Source: Amphiscolops sp. MND2022 (Eukaryota). From it: a DNA stretch of 64,000 bases. Every line of letters begins with the position of its first letter. The stretch's first letter is position 1. The position numbers and the translations under genes were made by a program. The DNA is taken from positions 31,746,001 to 31,810,000 of the forward strand of contig OZ076409.1 of NCBI GenBank assembly GCA_964187785.1, read 5' to 3'. The notes beneath the pieces are model-generated. The model searched no databases. It saw nothing but the letters and a program-made list of their open reading frames with translations, and was not told the DNA's origin. Positions 1 through 11,722 of the stretch are shown one piece after another.

Positions 1-314
1 ATGGATTTTTTTGGAAATTTTTGACCATTTGATGTCATTTTGGGGATTATCAAAAAGTCCAAAAATCTCGACAAATACATTCGCATGAAACTAAATTTAC
101 GGTAGTCGATTTCTGTGGGAGGACCTCCTCTAGCATTTCGGTATAATCTTCGAACAGGGGAAAAACGCGACTGAGTTAGTGATGTTTCTTTCCCTCATCA
201 AAATCCGAACGGAAAATAATTAAAAAAGCAAACTAGGTGCCAATAGATAGAAAATTGCTTTTTATAAGTGCCAATCAAATAATTTTTTCATCAGCCACAA
301 TTGTTATACTTTAG

Positions 315-487
315 GAAGTGGACGATGTTTCAACTGCAGATGAATCTACTGCATCTGATATACATGTGGGGTCAGAGCTGCAATGTTTGCATTCCAATAA
401 GTGGCTAGATGTGAAGGTGCTGGAAATCCATTCGCGCACCAAGAAAGTAAAAGTGCAATTCAAGCAGAAAAACAATGCCGATAAATG
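315..487 (+). CDS. Host gene exon: N-terminal part of chromo/Tudor-knot-like domain of a MORC2-like protein
   Basis: Acceptor tttag at 314/315 and donor gtaag at 488. Open frame EVDDVSTADESTASDIHVGSELQCLHSNKWLDVKVLEIHSRTKKVKVQFKQKNNADK+TG. The phase-2 end joins G at 23884 to give DKWVTQSELRE, resembling the MORC2 chromo-like segment (GLHVEV..EWY..V..KVKF..DRWVE). Confidence 0.75.
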
Positions 488-773
488 GTAAGATTTATTA
501 CAGAAAAACTATCGGTGTTTGCCGCTTTTAAAACCACTGAGAGCTTTTAAAATCAAATTCCAAATATTGATATGTGATTCACGAATCGCGCATCACGTAT
601 GTGTCTGTTATAAAAACTAAAACTAGCATTCATCCATCTCCAATAGCTTAGTGTTTATAATCGAGTCTAACGTTAAGGCCTAGAGGGAGTGTTTGGGGTT
701 CACTTCTAACCAACGTCCCACAGGCTTTGTTATAACTTACTATAACTTACAATCATTACTTAGTGATCGTAAG

Positions 774-1396
774 TGTAAAAAGTTGAATTGACAACTATAA
801 AACCAACATCGACTAACTGAAAATCAGGGACTCCGAAAAAATAATTTTTATGGAAATAATGGCCATAAATTATTTATTTTTCATCACGAAAATAAAAATT
901 ATTTATTTTCAGATAGAGTTTAGGGAAATAATTTATTTCACATACTTGAAATAATTTCAGAAAATTTTGGCGCCTACAGAAGTGGAAAGCAAACAAAACG
1001 CGTGATCAAAATTTCTCAATTGTCGAGCAAAAAAACACACTAAAGACACATTATCACTCCAATGCACCGTTTTTATCAATAATAAAAAATTCTGGGATGC
1101 CGAATGGATTTCCTGCATAATGCAATTTGAATTTTGCTATTCAAATTGTTTTAGGAAATTTACCATTATTTCCATTATTTATTTTTTTCAAAAAGTTAGG
1201 GAAATAATTTATTTTTTGCGAAGGATTAGGGAAATTATTGATGGCTTTACGTCCATAAAATGCCATTATTTTTACGGAGTCCCTGCTGAAAATATATCAA
1301 TAAACTAAATACCTTTCAAATTGGATATGATTGAAACTATTGCGGGGAGGGAATCAATCAGGCAATTGAATAACATGAAAAATACACATTTCAACA
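774..1396 (-). repeat. 3' LTR of the copia element, interrupted by a hAT MITE
   Basis: TGTTGA...TTACA on the minus strand directly after the PPT. The left end coincides with the point where the inverted-repeat homology stops. Confidence 0.6.
825..1285. mobile_element. hAT-type MITE
   Basis: TIRs CAGGGACTCCGAAAAAATAAT / ATTATTTTTACGGAGTCCCTG. Perfect 8-bp TSD CTGAAAAT at 817-824 and 1286-1293. Confidence 0.9.
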
Positions 1397-4082
1397 ATCT
1401 CCCCTTTGTTTCTTTCACTGCTTGAGATTAATGACAGCCTGTAAAGCAACGATCGCCGCAAATATGAAACTGTATAATTTTCTTTATTCGTTCATGAGGC
1501 GACAACGTGTGCCTAGTAATTTCACGAATATACACTTTCAATAGCGATGACATGATAGAGCATACTAACAAGCGGAATGCGAATCAAATGAATAAATTAA
1601 CAATGAATGTGTTATTCATTACACCAATCACAATGACTGATTGTAGACACATATCAATTTACGGATGTATTCCGTGAAATATCAAACGCGAGAATGCAAA
1701 CTGAGACTTTTCAGAAATGGGCCTTTATCAGTTCTCACGTTAGTGCGCATGGCTCGTTTGATACGCTCACTCGTTTCGGCTTTTATATACGATTCCCTGC
1801 ATTTATGTAGGCAATTTGTGTATGGCAACTACGTGACTGTCAACAATAGATTCAAGAACAGGTAGTTCTGAATTTTCCACCGTTGGGATGTTCGCGCTAC
1901 GGTTGAAAACAATCTGAAATGGTGTAAAACCATTTGAATTTACCAAAGAATTCTTTGCAAACACAGAATAAGCGAGTGCCTGATCTGGCGAACACTTCAG
2001 ATCATCTAGAACCTTTACAAACGTTTCCGTTAATATCGCATTATGCCTCTCTACTGTGCCATTAGACCATGGGCTTTCGGCCGCGGTTGTTATAAGCGTG
2101 ACATTGAACATTGCTGCGAACGCATGAAATTCCGAATTCGAGAACTCTCTTCCATTGTCTCTTAGTAGTTTCTGGGGCGGACCGAATATTCGAACCCATT
2201 CCACGAGAAAAGTGTTTAGAATTTCATCTCCTCGTTTGTTATATACAATTTTTGCCATCGAAAAGCGGGAGAATTGGTCAATGATGGTGCAGATACCACA
2301 CAGATTTACCGAGCTGGGTAAGTTGATGAAGATCGAGGCTTACACAACCATTGAATTCGATTGATTGCGGTAGACCAACAGAAGGCTTAGGCTGGGCTCT
2401 GCCATACTTGATGCAAATATCACATGACTGGATTATTTTCTCGGTTTTAGACATGATATCTTTCCCGACCGTTGTCTGAGATGCCTAATTTACCTGAGTC
2501 ACAGTGACCAAATTGTCTGTGAAGTTTTTGCAACGTTTTTTCGTTATGAAAATCGACTTGGTGAGCCAAAAACAGTTTTTCGTGCGTGGGATTAGTTAGA
2601 GATATGATGGTGTGTCTACTCGACGCCTCTTCTGTGACAACTGCTTTCCCAAGCATCGTATACGTATCAGTCGAAAGGTCGATGTTGGTTTTAAGCCGCT
2701 TCAAAGTCAGTTTACTTAAAAAAAGCGGGACTTCTGACTCGATAACTTCGATGCCAAGTTTCAGCCTTTGGTTGTGTATATATATGGGAACAGTGCAATA
2801 CATGAGGGACGGGAACTTTTTGCTCGATCCGAAGGAAATCACCTTTTTGCTTGTTGCTTCGGTGATCATATTTTTGTCATCATCTGTCAGTGTTTCTTTA
2901 TACAGGTTCAGCCAATTCGATCCACACACAGTTGAAGTACACCCGGTATCAATTATCCCGTAACCAACTGTTTCTAGAACTAAATTTGTATCAAAAACAG
3001 CAAATGTTTGCTCTAATTCGGTTTCTAGCTCATCTGTCGCTGTGGCGTTAACCCTTTCATGGTGCGGTTCAGGGCAATCTTTTGCGTTGTGAAAAATGGA
3101 CCCACTGAACATCTATTGAACATCTATTGCACCTAGAGACTTTGCCGTCCCTGCTAATAGGATTGTTACCTCTGGGTTTTCCGCGACCTCGGTAATTGCC
3201 TCTCGGAAAGTGGTTATTTTGATAGGAGCGTTTGTTTTCATACCTGGTCGCAAAAACTGGTTCTTGTTTAACTACGGCAACGGAATTGTTGGTACCCGCA
3301 GTCGGGATGCCTGTAGACCCAAAAACACGTCTCAATATATATTTTGTATTTATTTTGTACTTAAGGTAGTTTAAGAATTTGGAAATTCAATTCTTATTTT
3401 GTATTTCAGTTGTGCAGTAGTTTGAAAAAATGAAAGATCCGGATCATTTGAATTGTATGTTACCACTACTCAAGAAGGCTAGTGAAGTATTTCTGATTTG
3501 TACTTGTTGAGGGTTAGCAGGGTTAATTGTGAATAAATTTGAACTTCCTACAACAGGCTCTAAACTGAATTGACGTTTGTTTTTGTCATTGAGAAAGTTG
3601 AAAACTGTTTTAATGATAGAGGTGTCTACTTTGTTTGAATTAACAAGACCTACAATAATTTGATTATTGCGGGTGCCAGGTCATTTCATCATATTCTTGT
3701 ATTCCGTCTTTAATTGATTTTTGTAAATTTTGATTCAAAGCGTTACTGCTTTGGTATATTGCTCTAGTTTGATCTTGTATCGCTTGTGTTGTAGTTTGAG
3801 TAGAATCGCATAGCGCTTGTAGTTGCTGGTTTTGGTTTTGTTGGATTTGGTTTTGGCTTTGTTTCTGGTTTTCAGTAACTGGTTCAAAAACTCTTTCTCA
3901 ATCATAATGAATGTCTTGCTTCCAAGCTTCTCGTTTAATCTTTTAGCTGTTAATAAAGATTTTGTTTCTTGCAAATTTTTAGCTTTCCTTAATCATCACG
4001 ATTATGAATTGAACACATTTATTAATAGTTTTAATATAAAATAAATTTAACTTACAGTTTCAGAAATGGACATATTCACCAA

Positions 4083-4465
4083 TTCAATAATGAATTTTAC
4101 CTAAATATAAACCCTTTCCTTGATGCACAAATTTTATAACATGGGGAGCAGTTGCTGCAATAAGTTTTGGATTTTTACTAGTTGCTACTGCTCCTATATT
4201 AGCTGCGAGCTCTAATGCTCAACCAGGATTGTCGATTTTTGCAGCTTTGCCAAGATGTTTAAAGAAATCTTTCTACAACAAGAGTTTGATCAAATCCGAT
4301 AAGTGTTTTGTTTCTTTTACACATTACGCACTTTCCAGTTAATAGTTATACGGGTGCTCCTGTTTTTTACTTTGAGTAATATCTCCTTTGATGTTTGTTG
4401 TGACAGAATAGTGTTTGCCACCAACAATATATGAATTACTTTTGGATTTGTTGAAGCTCAATATT
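4083..4465 (-). pseudogene. Polinton-like zinc-ribbon/amphipathic virion protein remnant
   Basis: Minus strand reads YIVGGKHYSVTTNIKGDITQ..LLTGKCVMCKRK, then DFFKHLGKAAK..ALELAANIGAVATSKNPKLIAATAP..HQGKGLYLGK, with stops and frameshifts. Confidence 0.5.
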
Positions 4466-4499
4466 CCTAGTATAAATATATAAATGTAAAGCTGCTTTT

Positions 4500-4820
4500 T
4501 TAAAAACTATTAGGTGTGTGAGATATAAAACATATAAACAATACGCTGCACAATAACTATCATTTTTCTGAATTTGATATTTTGAATAGATACCTTCATT
4601 AATATGGTTTGTTATGTTTACTGGAGGAGGGCAGCCATATGAAATAAAAAGTACTCGTTGATAAACATAACTAAGATTTTCCTTTAGTTGGGTGTAAATT
4701 GACTACCTGAAGTAATGGTAAACTTATCAGCTCTCATGTATATTCCACACGGATCCATGATTATGTCTAAGATTTCTTTAATTTTTACATTAGAAGTTGC
4801 TGCGTGTTCTATTCCATATT
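4500..4820 (-). pseudogene. Adenain-like cysteine protease remnant (copy 1)
   Basis: VNLHPTKG..MFINEY..SYGCPPP..YQIQKNDSYCAAYCLY, homologous to the copies at 9845-10450. The 5' end is interrupted by a Helentron-type insertion at ~4821. Confidence 0.7.
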
Positions 4821-5367
4821 TTTTAGTCGGCGCTTTTCGAAGAAAAACGCAGACTATAGTAGTGACTTTTTTTTTAAGACCAACGAACTGACAGATTTTA
4901 TAAAGAGTTATAAATAGCTAAGCTGACTTCACTGCACTAACAGTAACTGCAACGCTAGCTATCACTGCTGGCACTTGGCATAGAGGTTAAATAAGCTTTT
5001 TAAGGTCTGCCGAGCAGAAGGACGTGGGTTCGAGTCCCGTCCTTGATCAATTTTTTTGTGCAGGTTTTTCGGCTTTGTGAGACTTTTTTTGCAAATTTTT
5101 TTAATGTCTCCAAAGGGTCCACCCTTCATTTTTTTCTATTTTGCATAAGAATGGATGTTCAAAACCTCCCAAAGGGCCCCTTCTACAATTTTTCGGCACT
5201 ATGCGACTTACCGGAGACCAAAAAATTTCGAAAAAAATTCAAAATTCGGATTTTTTTAAAATTTTTCCTCACGCGGGTACTGTAGAAGAGAATACTTGAC
5301 ACTTTGAAGTCCTTTTGCTATTTTTGAGCCTTAGATATGGCGCCGCTTGGGCCGTTCCCGGCTTGTT
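4821..5367 (+). mobile_element. Helentron-associated non-autonomous element (HINE/DINE-1-like, family B)
   Basis: Starts tttt-AGTCGGCGC with a 5' stem-loop. Ends with a GCGCCG(A)CT sub-TIR, GCCGTTCCCGGC hairpin and TTGTT. Inserted in a T-run without TSD (compare intact protease copy at 10405-10430). Confidence 0.75.
4970..5048 (+). other. tRNA-derived Pol III promoter-like segment inside the HINE
   Basis: A-box-like TGGCATAGAGG (4976), B-box GGTTCGAGTCC (5027) and a T-arm hairpin. No proper acceptor or anticodon stems. Confidence 0.55.
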
Positions 5368-5459
5368 AACAAATTCTGTTATCTTTTCCCATGTAATAAA
5401 ATGTTGAGATATAGTAACATCATGAATATGTCTATTTTGTTTCAAAAAATTTGAGCATT

Positions 5460-5640
5460 ACCAGTAACCTTATGACCACTGAGTAATGTTCTTTTGTTAA
5501 AAAAATTTCTTCGTCAGTAACCTCGCGATCACTAGGTAATGCTTATGATTACGTTTCATTACCAGTAACCTTGCGATCACTAAGTAAGATTTATTTTTTG
5601 AAGTTTCATCACCCGTAACCTCACGATCACTAAGTAATGT
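5460..5640. repeat. Four ~50-bp-spaced subterminal repeats (CCAGTAACCTyrCGATCACTrrGTAA)
   Basis: Copies at ~5461, 5515, 5561 and 5611, running into the right inverted repeat. Confidence 0.8.
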
Positions 5641-5849
5641 ATCTCCAATAGTAAATTATAACAAAACCCGGGACGTTGGTTAGAAGTGATCCCTAAACAC
5701 TCCGGCTAGATCTTAACTTTAGACTCGATTATAAACACTAAGCTATTGGAGATGGATGAATGCTAGTTTTAGTTGTTTTTATAACAGACACATACGTGAT
5801 GCGCGATTCGTGAATCATATATCAATATTTGCAAAATCATGAGAATCTC

Positions 5850-8200
5850 TGCATATTTTTTAGTGTCTGTATGATCCCTTTTCATAATTATGTTTGATGT
5901 TAGAGTTGAAGCAGTATTGCCGCTTCAGATCAAACGACCGCCAAAAATAAATGTCCACTTTCGATGTTTTACACTGAAAATATGCTTTCGATGTTTGTTT
6001 GTTGACCGGCAAAATGGCTATTTTTGATGGTTTTCGCTGAAAAAGTGTGATATTATGCTTGTGTTTGGCGGCTGTTTGATCTAAGGAGGCGTTTCTCCCG
6101 CTACTCAAACAAATTCGTTTGATATACGTTCTTTGTCGTATTTATTCACGCTAAAATGTTCATAATGATCCACAATGCCTTTAAAGCTAAACTTAGATTG
6201 TCTGTGAAGTATTTTTGTGTTTCTGTGTGGGATATGGGTTCTAAGTTCACACGGTCACGTATATTTTCCATAGTCTTGTTGTATGTTATCATCCGAGAAA
6301 GATAATCTTTCAAAATCTCCTGTTGGCAAATACTGCCTCATGGCCCATCCATATAAAATGTTAGCATCTATGTAAAGAATCTGTGTACCAACACTCGAAT
6401 ATATGTACCTGTCACCTAAAACTACTATTTCCGCCACGTATGTTGTTTTCTAGTAATAATGTGTTTATCTTTGATATGATCTGAAACAATTTTTGTTAAT
6501 CGTAATCCTACTTTCCAGGTATAGCCTGGCAGTAAATAGCTGTATAAAGGGGAAATTGTATGTTTTTCAGTACACGTTTTTACAAAGTTTTCAAACACGT
6601 CTGCTAGTAAGAGGACATCACACTTCAGATATAACAGTTAGCTGTTGCCCATTTGTCAGTTTATACTTCTTAATTGTTGAGTTAGTATGCTCTATATCTT
6701 TGTCACCAGCAAATGACTCAGTTAGTGTTGACCAACAGCTTTGTTTAGTTAGGTGTAATTCTTGATTCATGTTTTGTAAATTCAAGTATTCATATGGATA
6801 GGCTAGTTTTTGGTTTAGCAATTCATCACTAAATTCAGATGAATCCATAATCGGGAACTCATTTTGATTCTCAACTAATTTTTCCGGACTTGAACCTAAA
6901 AATCTGTACGAATCTAAAAACCGTAAACAACCCACTTGTACTGAAATATAGTTTTGCATACTTTTTGGAAGTATTTGATTTTTTAATCCCAATGCGTGTG
7001 CTTTTTGTTAAAAGGTGTGTGTGATTCAATTATCAATTAAAAGCATGTGATTCAAATATCAAGTGACGGTCATATCCACTAAAGTTGTGGAAAAACACTG
7101 GAACGAAACATGATTTACCTTGGGAAATATTTAAATTACATGTATTACAAGCTGCTTCTCTGTCTTTGCCAGTAAGTTGATCATGATCTCTTACTTTATG
7201 AAATGGTTTTTCACACAGCCAGCACTCACTACTTTGCTTGAATTGTTCTTATTCTTCAGGGAAATTTGTATTACTATACTTTGTTTAAAATACTCACCAC
7301 ATGTTTGTTGTAATTGTAACATTTGATCAACAAACCAGTTTCTGCAATTTGTTCCAAACTTATCCAGGTATTGGTTTCCTTTTGGTGATATTAAACTATA
7401 ACCAAGAGCAATTGGAATTTGTTTGAATAAAACATTATCACTATCAGTAATTTGGTTAATACATTCGATATCTGCATTCACTCTATATGGTAAAGGCACT
7501 TTCATGTGGTGGTCTTCAAACACAATCTTGTCTTTCCAACTAAACCCAATATTAACTGGTTTTTGTTGTATACATCTTTCTATATGATCGGATAAAACTT
7601 GTTCTGAACTGAATGCAATTATACATTATCATATGGGGGTCTATTAATTAACATGTGTAGTTTGGTTATTAGGCAATAGTGATTTTCATACAATAATAAG
7701 GCTTTGTGGCTCGGTATAGTTAGTAATAATATGAACAGGTGACAAAACGGACCCAATGAGTTCAAAGACAATTATTTTCAAATTGTTTAATCGTTCGAAT
7801 TTAGGAATATCCTTGATGCGCATAGGAAGTTCTAAGTTTTGTATATTCAACGCAGATATTTTGGTAGAATAACTTGTTGGGTTTTGTTTTGTGTTACTGG
7901 ATACTTTTGACCTCTGATGCACCATAAGAAACAAAAAGTTCTGTGTATTGTAAATTAAGAATTGATTTAGAGTTTTTATATTTCTTAGGCAATTCGATAT
8001 AACTACTTGCCGAGATGTCTCGTGTTCTATAAAATTCAGTTACGACTTCTGTATAATACAATCAAACACAAAACCAGATCCTTCTAGTTGTTCATCATCT
8101 ACACACTTTAACATCTGCTGGTGAATATCGTTATTTATTCCATAGTTATACATCCTATTTGATTTTATCCATCTATTCAATACTTTTCCGTTTTTAAAAC
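5850..8200 (-). pseudogene. Protein-primed family B DNA polymerase (Polinton/adintovirus-like), decayed
   Basis: QLEGSGFVFD, LPMRIKDIPKFERLNNL, ADIEC (ExoI), RDHDQLTGK..AACNTCNL (endonuclease VII-like), FFHNFSGYD (ExoII), LRFLDSYRFL, YPYEY and YIDANILYGWAM (motif A), in the correct order with many frameshifts. Confidence 0.85.
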
Positions 8201-8213
8201 TTAGCTAAATAAC

Positions 8214-8549
8214 TTACTTGGGATTTGAATATGGGTAATACTTTTGTGATAATATCTGGCTGAGTTGATGTTGTATGTTCTCACCTGGACAAAATTTGTA
8301 GTTGACGTATGTTGCTGCATTAACAACTAAACCCGTTGTAATTGAGTCTTTATTTCTTTCATTCGAAGGATTCGGATGCTCATGTTCATTCGAACTCAGA
8401 TGGCTAGTTTTATCTGATAATTTCATATATGAACGACATTTTTTGGAACAAAAAAACTGTCCCATTTTCTCTAGATGTCTCACTGACTTTAGATTATCAG
8501 ATTTAGATTTATATTCAGAATGACACACGGAACCAAATTCTTGATTCAT
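8214..8549 (-). pseudogene. Zinc-finger N-terminal region upstream of pPolB
   Basis: Degenerate C2H2-like motifs (FCSKKC...HLSSNEH) directly upstream of and co-oriented with the polymerase fragments. Confidence 0.45.
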
Positions 8550-8789
8550 TTATAAACGGAAACAGAATTCAATCATGAAGTAAGGAATTTTTTAAAATTA
8601 AAATGACAAATGATTAATCAAATTATGTATTAGCTCCAAAGCAAGAATATTTTGCCTCTAAGTATGTTTATTATTTTGGCGCATTTTGTATTATATTTTG
8701 TATTTGTTTTTGGATATATTGGTCATATGTAAGACCTAGACATAATAACAAATTGTAAAACAATATAAAAGAATTTAGTGGATTTGATA

Positions 8790-9270
8790 TTCTCATTTGA
8801 CTAATGAAGAACAACTTACACCTGCGATAAGTAATACAAATTGTCACTTGTTAGTTTATGGTACTACCGAAAGTGGGAAGTTTAGTTTTTTGAAACATTA
8901 TTTGAATCAAAGCAGAGACAGTAGTGAGTTCCATGAACAAAATTTTGTCGATTTACTATAATTAGAAAAAGTTGACATGGAGTAACTTGCTGATAAAACA
9001 ATAACATTAGATGATGCAGGTGCCTATAAACAAGTACGCACGTGTGTAAAGGACTTGTTCAGATTTGACAGACATCACAATGTAAAAGATATTTGTCTTG
9101 CGCACTACTGTTAAGATGTTTTGCCAGTAGTAAGGGAGAATTGCCTTAAGTTGCCTAAAAACACTTAACAACCCGGATACCTTCTTGAATAGTATATCAA
9201 ACACATACTCATTAGGAGATATCACAAAGTGGAAACAATACCGTGATCAGTTAGATTATGGTATAATAGT
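8790..9270 (+). pseudogene. A32/FtsK-like DNA packaging ATPase remnant
   Basis: Not in the ORF track. HLLVYGTTESGKFS (degenerate Walker A), KTITLDDAG (Walker B) and LFRFDRHHNVKDICLAH..VLPVVRENC (GRH and RxN motifs of A32-type ATPases). Confidence 0.75.
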
Positions 9271-9380
9271 ATTTATGTTTGTTACAATAACAATAGTAAT
9301 AATAGTAATTATATAGTGACGTAATTATGTTTGTTACAAGTTGTGTGTGTCAATTCCAAGTTTATCAATTTGTTCTTTTG

Positions 9381-9611
9381 TTAACAGAATTTTAATTTTT
9401 CATTGCTATTGGTGATTTTATAAACGGTATTGTATACTTCTAAACTTGTTACTCCCAAAATTGAAGTCATTTTGAATTCTAGGGTTTCTTGTGGTTTAGA
9501 ATGAGTATTTAGCAATATTTTTAGTTTAGAATGAGTATTTAGAATAGATTTAGCATTATTCAGCAAATGAGATCCATTTTTATCATAAGTTACAAAGTTT
9601 GATAGATCCAT
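9381..9611 (-). pseudogene. Possible minor capsid (penton-like) protein fragment
   Basis: KPQETLEFKMT..LGVTSLEVYNTVYKITNSN resembles N-termini of Polinton minor capsid proteins. Lies between ATPase and protease. Confidence 0.4.
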
Positions 9612-9844
9612 ATATTACACATGAAATTTAAATCTACTAGCAGCTATGTTGTTTATAAATTCTTGCCTATCTTTTGATAGTTTTCTTTCTTACCTTTCGG
9701 ATTTTGATTTGCCTACATATTTTCATGGTTCAGATGATTTTGATGTTCTGAGATGATTTTAAATTGAGCTGAATAAGTGTTAATTTTCTTCATTTATTGA
9801 TGATATTTTTTCATTGATGAATTTGATAATATAAATATAGTACT

Positions 9845-10450
9845 GCATTTTTAAAACCAATTATATTTGTAAGATTTAACACATACAAGCAATACGCTGC
9901 GCAATAACTATCATTTTTCTGAATTTGATATTCTGAATAGATCCTTTATTAATGTGATTCATTACACTCGGTGGTTTAGGACAGCCATATGAATCAAAGT
10001 AATACTCGTTGATAAACATACCCCAATGTGTTTCTTTAGCTGGGTGTAAATTGACCATACCTGATTTTGTATAGAATGTATCATCTCTCATATTTATTCC
10101 ACACGAAATTTGTAGGATTAGTAAAATTTCTTTAATTTTTACATTACTTGTGGCCGCGTTTTGATATTTTGAATAGATACCTTACCTTTATTAATGTGAT
10201 TCATCACACTCAGTGGATGAAGACAGCCGTATGAATCAAAGTAATACTCGTTAATAAACATAGCCCAATGTGTTCCTTTAACTGGGTGTAATTTGACCAT
10301 ACCTGACTTTGTATAGAATGTATCATCTCTTATATATATTCCACACGAAATTTGTAGGATTAGTAAGATTTCTTTAATTTTTACATTACTTGTGGCTGCG
10401 TTTTCTAGTCCATATTTTTGAACAAATTCATTGAATTAGCTGAACATATA
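9845..10450 (-). pseudogene. Adenain-like cysteine protease, partially tandem-duplicated (copies 2 and 3)
   Basis: VNLHP..THW.MFINEYYFDSYGCP..QIQKNDSYCAAYCL (H, D, Q, C catalytic pattern). Direct duplication with ~240-bp period. Confidence 0.8.
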
Positions 10451-11699
10451 TTTATTTAGAAAACCTCGTTCTTTTGCAAGTTTTGTGATAATTGATGTTT
10501 TTACCTAATAATGGTAAAAATAATTTTGTAGTTTTTGTTGTGTTTGCTTAAACTTGAGCGTTCATTCAGATAAATACTCCAACATTCATCTTTATAATGA
10601 AGAACTATTTTATTGCGATCAAACTTTTTGATTACTGGGGCGAAGATATCTTTAGCTATTCTTTAGGTTCGATATTCTTTATTTATTTGGAAATTATCTG
10701 TTTAAATTTTTACGCAAATCTTGAATGAAGTTTTGAAATGAAAAAAGAAGCCGGTTGTTTTTCATTTTCATAAAAAGGTGTTCCCGGTACCCAATAAAAT
10801 AATTGATGTCGACATACTCCTACCTTTTACTTTGATTGACAGTTAAACGTTGCTCATGTGATGGAGTTGAGCTGAACTAACTAGTCGATAAATAGCTTGT
10901 CCAAAAATGGAAAAAAATGTTTACGAGGAGGGAAATGCCCTTTCTCAAAGAGGGCTAGTTTACCGACCGAATAGCGGGAGGAACATGCGATAGAGATCTG
11001 CCCCAGGCATCGGTTTCAATACCCATCAACTACGCAGTAAAAATAAGAATATTCAAATAGTTCATTCAGTAACCTTTTTTTCTAAAAATTGAAAGTTCTT
11101 CTTTGACGGTGATCATTCACTGCGCATGAAAGTGAAGTCATTCCTATCTCACCGAAATTGAAATGAATCACATAGAGACTAGTTGATTTTCATATCAGCC
11201 CTTATAGATATTTGATGTATGACTCGGTCTTCCTCCTTCCGGTGCTCTTTGCGTCCTCCAGGTTGGCCTTCATAACCAACCGCTAATCAAGTACTGGCAT
11301 GTCGCTTCGCTTCACTCTCTTTAGGCACTAGGGGTATGAAAACAAAGCTAATTACATTATAGTAATTAGTTCAATGTTACGTTAGTTTCTCTGTGCAGCA
11401 CACAAATTTAACTGGATTCTTTTCTATTTCAAATTTCAGCCCATCAGAAATACTTGAAACCCTTTTTCGGCCCAGTAGTTTTTTTCACTGTCAAACAATT
11501 GAGGCGTTTTTAGTCGGCGCTTTTAGTGAAACAAAAAATGCCTGACTCTTACACGGACCTTTCTTATCCAGACCTTACACCGGAAAGCCCACTTTTTACT
11601 GAATTTCTCTTGGCCTTCCTACCTTACTAGAATGCAATTTCTGGTACTTCTAAAGGGTACGTCTTTCAATTCATTGCTCTCACGAAACACAACATTATT

Positions 11700-11722
11700 T
11701 GGTGCATTGCGACCAGGGAATT
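11700..11722 (+). promoter_or_regulatory. Primer-binding site, tRNA-Gly-like
   Basis: TGGTGCATTG follows the LTR end after a short spacer and is complementary to the 3' end of tRNA-Gly (..CAATGCACCA). Confidence 0.6.

Larger units (their letters stand above)
774..3335 (-). mobile_element. Truncated Ty1/copia (GalEa-like) LTR retrotransposon
   Basis: Minus-strand order is gag knuckle remnant (RCNRC..FHNAKDC), protease IIDTGCTSTVCG, KLHRQFGH, then integrase core (DNGREF..SPWSNGTVERHN). PR-INT adjacency is the copia order. RT/RH and the 5' part are deleted. PPT aacaaaggggagat abuts the LTR start TGTTGA at 1396. Confidence 0.85.
561..5831. mobile_element. Inverted-repeat-bounded Polinton/adintovirus-like element remnant with nested insertions
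   Basis: ~210-bp inverted repeats at 561-773 and ~5620-5831 (CAAATATTGA...TCAATATTTG). Flanks caaattc/caaaatc are a possible 7-bp TSD with one mismatch. Interior has adenain-like protease and zinc-ribbon/amphipathic virion-protein remnants. Confidence 0.6.

Noticed and set aside
728..773. TGTTATA at 728 as the copia LTR boundary
   Set aside because: This stretch still matches the inverted repeat at ~5620-5670, so the LTR boundary is better placed at 774.
4970..5048. Functional tRNA gene
   Set aside because: Only the A/B boxes and T-arm are present. There are no acceptor or anticodon stems, and it lies inside a repeat.
10950..11040. Possible tRNA-derived SINE
   Set aside because: The B-box-like GGTTTCAATACC is degenerate, and there is no second copy, TSD or tail in the window.
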